From a virus (Duplodnaviria > Caudoviricetes), in the IMG/VR virus record IMGVR_UViG_3300047669_002593, positions 1-31,587 of that record: 31,587 nt of DNA. One strand, 5' to 3'. The translations under genes and the position numbers were made by a program. Of the stretch, positions 8,301-14,900 are shown piece after piece (position 1 is the first letter of the stretch; each line of letters starts with the position of its first letter). The notes beneath the pieces were generated by a model. It was not told the DNA's origin. It made no database searches and worked only from the letters and a program-made list of their open reading frames with translations.

Positions 8301-10449
8301 TCCGTACGAAACTCCTCAGAATTTTATTTGTGAAGAGTGGTCGCATACATACGACTACAAAAATAGCCACTCAATTAGTGCGAGATTCGAGCAGTTTCCT
8401 TTTAACTTTACTGCAGAGCAGTACTCTAATTTGGTTCCAGAGCTTGATCCTTTTTCCGCAGAGGCTAGAGCTCACGATCCCCCCTCCAGCGCAGAGCTGC
8501 TGAAGTCTGGAAATTTAGAAGCCTTAAATGCGACTGACCTGGGAAATGGTTGGTATCAATCCTCATGGCTTTGGAAGGGTTTGCCAGATTCAAAGAGCGA
8601 GGGCTTCTTTCATCTATCTGATAGTAATCCTGGATGGATCTATCTTGCTAATTCCTGGGAATGGTGGTGGCTCACTACGGGGGGGTACACTGCAGAGGGT
8701 TCGACTGGAGTGTGGATGTTTAAATCAGCTTATTCACAAAATAATACTCCTATAACTGGGCTAGATTGGCAGTGGTCATATTCTGGTATAATGGGTACTG
8801 GCGTGGCAGATGCATGGACCTTCTCTCCATTAAGGGGTAATGCAACTCAGAAATGGACGTCTGAGATTGGAACGGGTTGGTTTTATTGGAGACCTCCAGA
8901 TATTAATAAGAGGGGGAAATGGGACTCTGTCGGAAATCGTTATGTATCTGGGGCCGACGCTAGGGTATGGGGAGCAGAGTCAGGTTTATGGTACGATGTA
9001 GAACTAGATGGGTTATCTGAGGAATTTTCTAACGACGGCGGTGGTGATCCAGTAGGTTATGCTGATCTGGAGGAAGCGCTCATTAGCCTCTTACTCGGCG
9101 AACAAGGGGATATGAACGACGAAGGCTTCGATCCATTCAAAAAATTAAAAGAAACATATCCCACAGAAGAAGAGAACGGAGAATTCGATCCTCCCGTACA
9201 GGAGGAAACAGGCGCTGATGAAACCCCATTGGTTTCGGAACAACCAGAAGTAAGTGAAACCCCGCCGACACTTCCAGTTGGCGGCAGCTTGATTTTCGCT
9301 GATCCGATAATTTTTTCAGGGCCAGAGCAAGAGCAAAAATGGATAGCTCCAGGCCAGAAGGGGAAGTATAGAGTGAGTCTTGAAAATGTTGGGGAAGCGG
9401 ATGTTGATTTGAGTCGAGCGCGTGTAGTCGGGAGGTCTGAAGGAATTAATTTCGCCCTCCTTGGGCAAACCTCCTATGGGGGGGATAACTTTAAGGGGTA
9501 TATACCTGGTCATTCTCCCGAAAAGGAATTAACCGAGGGGGCTCTTAACGCAGAATGGGGAAACGTGCCAGCGGTCAATAGGAGCGCGGTGGAGGATAGC
9601 GACAACTTTAGCTCTATGGAAGACTTCTTTAATGCCAATAGGGTTGACATTCCAGACAAAGGGCTTCCCTTTGATCTAGGTCTTGCGTCCAAGGGAACCA
9701 CTAAGGCTATACTTTTTACTCAGAAAAGCTATAATGCACCTGCCGCTGACGGGGGCGCCTTTTTTAAGCTTCAAACAGGGCATACTAATGCGGATCTCAG
9801 TTTTGAGTATAGGGATAGAATGGTAAAAGTCTATGATCCTTACGCTGTTGACGAGTTGGGTAATTTAGTCGTCGGGGCAGGTACTGACTATCCGTTGGGG
9901 CTATGTAAGGATGCGTATTATCAACGAAACGATGCATCTATCCTTTCTGGATTTAAAGACCCCACGATTACTGCATACAACAAGAATCCGCAGCTTAATA
10001 AAGTTGGGGACTGGGGAGGTCTTAAGGGGGGTAAGTGGATGATGCCAGGCAACGGGGTCTCGCATTATATTGAAAGCGGATACTTTGTTAAAAATCTCAC
10101 CAATGTATTAAAGCCTGGGGAAAAGGCTTTCATGGATATAGTTTTTAGTGGAATCCCCTCTGATAAATATTCAACCAACTCTACGGGCCCAGTAGATTTC
10201 CTTGCCTCTGGATGGTTTGGGGATGATCACTTGCCGATTGTTCCTCATCCAGTCAATGGAGATGTCAGTTACCAGGACTCTAGTTATAGAATAGAGTTTG
10301 GCGACGACAATGACGCAACCTATGATGGGAACATAGTTTTTGAAAATCCAAGAACTTATTATTATGGAGATCTAACCGTATCTAGCACGGACGCACACAG
10401 CCCACAAACTTCTGAAATAAGGGTTTTCGTGTGGGATCAATCGGAGTAA
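5311..10449 (+). CDS. Giant minor tail protein with two gpM-like domains, a matrixin (M10-like) zinc metalloprotease, two Trp-rich domains and a C-terminal Ig-like region
   Basis: gpM-like segments at ~6643-7044 (YGNGY..NVN..FDLKF..EANAIVHFLENHQG) and ~8065-8400 (FYWKPS..LGGGYTQ..DGIN..AMLHFLENHYGAIPFNFSPP..FICEEWS..ISARFEQ). Also LAHAYYPG, GGDVHFD and HELGHVFGLTH. It lies directly upstream of gpL. Confidence 0.85.
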   Translation: MANQRPAYLTNISNYSGVFSTGVSYEKFDFVFNTGDYRFYYAKEGLALGGATTASGVNRFSFEVNGPASNGSLGHYFFDNKNTLAESGFKVGQRVNIGGSLKDNNGSYRILDLEKDLERSIDGGDIITALGAARQPLMSIAQGSEQLIERSSHSEWESDWFFNPNSIDIASLEWWEKSANFKLYGGLFNWGGPDYGGYVDLYEDLAKAYSDYTLGLHDGQELVPYGAYPAAPNTLYDNSLAKSEWGNVHYWKYGHTTSENRKLPSLSQWIVNGSLGMLYISPDDSEGRKEAWFYKDTLGWNWTSTGVIETGFVWLGDSTDSTIGPTGWTYWTSTPHEKHAKSASLQDLYVYNYSSQDWYLFEKEDGNDPGGGKKDSPETWASDLLPPEPTWITHPFDIPSKNKFTRLWVQGISPSTKFNHNESAGNNNVSITPLNVKPSENLDSWSKDLFFFDADYGSSVKFKTNNQRYSYGNGYYIIQPRNVNTIGAEFDLKFKNRTNREANAIVHFLENHQGQHELDSSSSKLKYTKGISGFRWGGDSTFHPYDSIENQSRNFYCSKFDHTLTFENSNDLSVKLRNLDASILDKSNGMFVKAAPDYIDGHPYEKNDVVLYTGNHQFYYCNPEPEPVVEDTCGLTTNPWPGIYDVTSDVDQVPATITMTYSFIQSGTRVFDSKEPLFSALSGAYATTLQYPSTGDSAGTQVSHASFTGEIGEALSEWKIAFEHLYPWLTLNFKNLKEELGQHGASATYEGGMPSDGYEGNYNLPHADNIGDLRFGMHHIDIEGGARDSLAHAYYPGGRIGSIGNVGGDVHFDSTNAWGTELDCDPSEVSIKYIATHELGHVFGLTHNSNLASIVHASATLGQTYSEKFPNGITELDFKCLEKMYGPRATIVKTKPPVVQTPKWTEASGYYKDSNADLWTRDFYWKPSLGLTVEQGPRLSELNLGGGYTQLHKDGINESLLTLNLNFNGRDDNETKAMLHFLENHYGAIPFNFSPPAPYETPQNFICEEWSHTYDYKNSHSISARFEQFPFNFTAEQYSNLVPELDPFSAEARAHDPPSSAELLKSGNLEALNATDLGNGWYQSSWLWKGLPDSKSEGFFHLSDSNPGWIYLANSWEWWWLTTGGYTAEGSTGVWMFKSAYSQNNTPITGLDWQWSYSGIMGTGVADAWTFSPLRGNATQKWTSEIGTGWFYWRPPDINKRGKWDSVGNRYVSGADARVWGAESGLWYDVELDGLSEEFSNDGGGDPVGYADLEEALISLLLGEQGDMNDEGFDPFKKLKETYPTEEENGEFDPPVQEETGADETPLVSEQPEVSETPPTLPVGGSLIFADPIIFSGPEQEQKWIAPGQKGKYRVSLENVGEADVDLSRARVVGRSEGINFALLGQTSYGGDNFKGYIPGHSPEKELTEGALNAEWGNVPAVNRSAVEDSDNFSSMEDFFNANRVDIPDKGLPFDLGLASKGTTKAILFTQKSYNAPAADGGAFFKLQTGHTNADLSFEYRDRMVKVYDPYAVDELGNLVVGAGTDYPLGLCKDAYYQRNDASILSGFKDPTITAYNKNPQLNKVGDWGGLKGGKWMMPGNGVSHYIESGYFVKNLTNVLKPGEKAFMDIVFSGIPSDKYSTNSTGPVDFLASGWFGDDHLPIVPHPVNGDVSYQDSSYRIEFGDDNDATYDGNIVFENPRTYYYGDLTVSSTDAHSPQTSEIRVFVWDQSE
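7273..7971 (+). other. Matrixin-like metzincin protease domain within the gpM-like protein
   Basis: TYSF start, GDLRFG, LAHAYYPG, GGDVHFD..W, HExxHxxGxxH at 7819-7851, and a closing D...LEKMYG helix. Confidence 0.88.
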
Positions 10450-10453
10450 AAAT

Positions 10454-11560
10454 ATGAGCCACTCAACAAAAACCTTCAATCAACAGTTATTGTCTATCGC
10501 TCCAGATGTTATTATAGATTTGTATGAAATTGACTTTAGTAATCTTCAGGCTAATTTTGATGCAGTCAAAGACTTAGAGGGAATCAACTTTGGCGCCGAG
10601 CCTGCTTATAGATTTTGCCCAATGATCCACGGAACAAATCCAATAATATGGCAAGGCAAATCCTACCAGCCCCTTCCGATAAAAATGGAGAACTTTGAGC
10701 ATCAGGCTGACGGAAGATTGCCTCGCCCCAAGTTGACCATAGCAAACCCAGAAGGATTATTGTCTATAGTGACTCACTCCAATCATGATTTTGCAAATTG
10801 CATGGTTACGAGGAGGAGGACTTTTGCTAGATTTCTGGATGACGAAAACTTTCAAAATAGAGGGCTTAACAGGGAGGGTAAAAATCCATTTGGCGCAGCG
10901 GATAGAGCGTCTCATTTTCCCGATGATGTTTATTTTGTAAACAGGAAAACCGCAGAAAATAAGGAGTCTCTTGAGTTCGAGTTGGTTTCCGCATTAGAAC
11001 TAGAGGACGCTCAGGTTCCAGCGAGAATAGTTTTGTCTGGCTATTGTCCTTTTAAGTATAGGTGTTCGGTTGGATGCGGATATAGTGGATATCCTATAGA
11101 GAATTCTGACGGAAAGAATTTTAAGGACCATTTTCTGGCAGACGTTTTGCTTCTGGAAGACATGAGTCCTTTGGAGAGCCACCTCCTCGCCACCGCCGCC
11201 CAGGACGCATTGGGCCTCGCCAAAAAAAGCGTCGACCCAAGATTTCCAGAATGGAGCCCATTTGGCCCCAAAGGCTCCGAAGGCAATATAAGACCATACG
11301 AGGTGGGGAAGATGGTTCAAGTGAATCCAACCCACGAAACGGACCCTGCGCCATTGGTTTTTATGTGTATTAAATGGCACTCTACTCCAGGCAAGCATAA
11401 TCCTTTGCATGATCGAGAGCATTGGGGGTTGGATGAATGCAACAAAGATGTAAGCGCTTGTAAGAAGCGGTTTGGTAAAGTAAACTCGTGGAACCAGTCT
11501 GATGAAAAGGGATTAAGATTCGGAGGATTCCCATCTACTGAGAGATATTCTTTTGAATAA
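10454..11560 (+). CDS. gpL: Minor tail protein L (lambda gpL-like, Fe-S cysteine set)
   Basis: IDLYEID, IIWQGKSYQPLPI..ENFE..GRLPRPKLTIAN, VTRRRTFARFLD..NF, EFELVS, CPFKYR..CGYSG, DECNK..ACKKRFG, FGGFP. GGAG lies upstream of the ATG. Confidence 0.93.
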   Translation: MSHSTKTFNQQLLSIAPDVIIDLYEIDFSNLQANFDAVKDLEGINFGAEPAYRFCPMIHGTNPIIWQGKSYQPLPIKMENFEHQADGRLPRPKLTIANPEGLLSIVTHSNHDFANCMVTRRRTFARFLDDENFQNRGLNREGKNPFGAADRASHFPDDVYFVNRKTAENKESLEFELVSALELEDAQVPARIVLSGYCPFKYRCSVGCGYSGYPIENSDGKNFKDHFLADVLLLEDMSPLESHLLATAAQDALGLAKKSVDPRFPEWSPFGPKGSEGNIRPYEVGKMVQVNPTHETDPAPLVFMCIKWHSTPGKHNPLHDREHWGLDECNKDVSACKKRFGKVNSWNQSDEKGLRFGGFPSTERYSFE

Positions 11561-11894
11561 ACGAATTCTGCAGGATATTAAGGAGTACGCAAGACTCTAC
11601 CCAGGTCAAGAAACCTGTGGTCTGGTGGTTCGCGAAGGAGAAGGGTTGTCGTTTGTTCGTTGTGATAACGAGCATCCACGTCCAGAGTCCGCTTTCCTTA
11701 TGTCTGCTCAAAAGTTTTTATCCTACGAGAATGTTGAATATATTTATCACTCTCACCCCAATTCCTCGTCCGCTCCTTCGGATCTAGATAGAGATTATTC
11801 CGACGAATTAATGATGCCATTTTTAATTTATAGCTTGCCTGATGATAATTTCACTTTATATAAAAATAAAAGTGTATATTCTGATTGGGTATAA
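11553..11894 (+). CDS. gpK: Tail assembly protein K-like, JAB/MPN domain only
   Basis: ETCGLV...YHSHP...PSDLD is the JAMM motif. It sits between L and I/J and has a TTG start overlapping the gpL end. At 113 aa there is no room for NlpC/P60. Confidence 0.88.
   Translation: MNKRILQDIKEYARLYPGQETCGLVVREGEGLSFVRCDNEHPRPESAFLMSAQKFLSYENVEYIYHSHPNSSSAPSDLDRDYSDELMMPFLIYSLPDDNFTLYKNKSVYSDWV
11869..11880 (+). promoter_or_regulatory. Candidate late-promoter motif AAAGTGTA plus AT-rich tail
   Basis: AAAGTGTATATT begins 32 nt before the I-J start. The same 8-mer precedes the S74 gene. Confidence 0.3.
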
Positions 11895-11900
11895 GGTAAA

Positions 11901-14900
11901 ATGAAAACGATCCATCTTCACGGGGAACTAGGAGAACGCTTTGGTAAAAAGTGGAACTTTGCTATTGACACTCCGAACGAAGCGTTTAGTGCAATACATG
12001 CAAATACAAGCGGGTTTATTGAATATCTAAATAAGCAGGCGAGAAAGGATATTCAATATGTTGTCCTAACTAAAAACCCAGAGAAGCTTAAAACAGAAAA
12101 AGATTTCTTGAAAAACGCTATTACTTCCGATGGTTTAGGAATGCGCACTTCGAAGAAAGAGTTTCATATTATTCCTCTGATTCAGGGAGGGGGACCCGTA
12201 GTCGGAGCGTTTATTGTTGAAGTTCTTGTATATACCGCAGTTGCTATCGTTGTCGGCCTTATCGTGCAGGGCATTATGAAAATGCTATTTAAGCCTCCAG
12301 AGAAAAAGGATCCCGTAACGAGCAAGTCTTACTTGTTTTCTGGACCCCAAAACGTAGAAGCTCAAGGGATTCCAGTGCCCCTAGGTTACGGAAGGTTAAG
12401 AATCGGCTCTGTTGTCGTAGGGGCAAAAAAAAGCTCCCGCAGAGATAAGAATAGGAACACTTCTACAACCAGCCAGAACGAGGCGGCGAGGATGCTCCTA
12501 GAGTCCATCTCCGAATTTGAGTATTCGGAGTTGCTATGCGAGGGTCCAATTGAGGGATTTGTAAATATGAATGGGGGTCCAATATCTTCTCCAGAGGCCG
12601 TTACAGAGGGGATATTCTTTAATGAGGTTCCAGTTAAGAATACTCCAAAATACGGAGCTGGAATGGGCGACCCTAATTTCCTTAGGCCAGGAGGGGGAAG
12701 GGACGAATACGGAACTCTAAATTTCATCATGAACGAAGGAGTGGAGAGGGAAGATGGCTCCATGAAGATGAAGATGCCTCAAGTAAGGTTGGGACATGCT
12801 AAAGAGTGGGATAGCTCCTTCTTTGGAGAGGAGGCGGCCGAAGCTTGGGTTGGCACCTCATCGACGTCTAATTATCAGACTATCTTATATGGCGGAGCGC
12901 CTTATAGAAAGTCGTCGGAGAGGCTTTTTGCCAGTGCGGACTCTACGGTAAACAGCACGGGAAATGAAAAAGGCGATCTCACAACTTTAAGGCTTAGTTT
13001 TGAGGAATCTATAGCTGGAGGAGCGAAGCTTTGGAGCCACAGCGTAATAAATAGTGATGTTGATCATATCAAAATTAGCTTGCGCTCCATGCTGAGTCGC
13101 CAAAAGGACAACGGTGAGGTTGCACCCAATCATATTATGTTTGGCATTCGGGTAAGGATAGGAGATAGGTATTATAACCCCTTGGAGCAGAGCCACTTCC
13201 CTCTGAGCTCTTATTTTGTTAATGCCAGTAAGGTTCGCAACGATAAGGGTGACTTGTGGAATATTATACCTAATCAAACGAGAATTCATGGTGGTGTTAC
13301 CTTAGTGAAAGAAGGTCAAAAGATTCGATTTTTCTCCAATCACATTGGGCTTCCGCCGCCACGAGACGGAGAACCCCGTCGGATGCTTCCGACAACAAAT
13401 GAAGGCGTTCTGCTTGAGGATAAGGAATATTTCGTGCGAAATGTCGAACGCGGCGAAGATATGAAGATTCAAGGTTACGGAACTACGGGAACGTCTACTT
13501 TTGAAATATCTGAAACGATAGATGGTGCCGTTCTTACTTTTACCAAAAAGGGTGCGTGGACCAGTAAGTCCGTAGAAGCGTCCGAAAGGATCGGTGTCGC
13601 ATCATATTGGGGGTTTGTGGAACCCTCTTGGAATCTTAGCTACAAAGGCACGCAAGAAATGAGGGATGGAAAAGGAGGCCTCAACCAGGTTGTTGGAAAT
13701 ATCCCTGATAATGCTTTTTTTCAACTAACGGGTTGTTGCACTTCAGAGTATGAATTTGACATAGAGTTTAATATTCCAAAGGTAGATGCTTCTGGATATA
13801 AAATACCTACGCTGGGCGAGGCTTCACAGATACAGATTTGCAAGTTCTCTTCGGAATTGGATCCAAGCGTAAAGTTTACTCCTGCAAGCATTAGCAACAC
13901 AGATGAGTTTGTTCTTCCAAAAAATTACAGTAACTTAAACAACCCCGAGCCGATAACAGTTCAAAGAGTTCATACTGGGACTTCTCAAAACTGGAGGGTT
14001 CTTGTGCTGTTGGAAGCCTGGGAAAAAAGGCAAGGCTCTCCCTTTCCCATTCCGAGGCACTGGTGGACAACTGAAAAACAGGTAAGCGAGGGTATAGGCG
14101 GAGTCAACCAGATAAAAAATCTAACCATTTCCTCCATAACTGAATCCGTGCAAGAGAAGTTCTTGTATCCTCACAGCGCTATGATTAAATTGTTTTTTGA
14201 TAGCAAGAATTTCTCGCAAATCCCAACGAGGTCTTATCATTTAAAATTAAAAAAGGTGCTGGTCCCTTCTAATTATGACCCAGTTTCGAGAGTGTATGAT
14301 GGGCCATGGGACGGGCTGTTTCGTGGGCAGAGCACCTCATCCGCTTCCATTCATAGTGTTGATGATAGGGATTTAGCGTGGACAGATAACCCAGCTTGGA
14401 TATTTTATGATTTGGTGACTAACACTAGGTATGGATTGGGCAAGTTTGGGGTGGGTGAGGCTAATGTGGATAAGTGGCAGTTATATAAAATTGCAAAATA
14501 TTGTGACGAATTAGTTGAGACTGGCTATCCCTATGAATCCCAAAGAAGAGGTTGCCTTATTAGCAATACCTTAGGTTTTCTTAAAATAAACACCTCGGAC
14601 AACGGGGGCGTTGTCGGCTCAGACTGGGAGAATCATTATCCCACTGAGGGCAAATCCGCAATGATTGATTACGGCGCGAGGAATAAAATGCTGCGGAGGG
14701 AAGCTTTGAAATCTGGAGGGTCGGATGAGGTGTTCGCAGTTGCAGTGGAAAACCTTACTGCGGAAGAGTTTGAATTTGAGTTTGGGGATAAGTTTAGCTT
14801 TAAGGGGAAGAGGGTCGCCTTTTTCATAAATGAAAATAGCTCCGACGACGTGAGTGCATCTTCTGCTCAATTATTCGCGTGGACTGATGAGGGAAATAAT

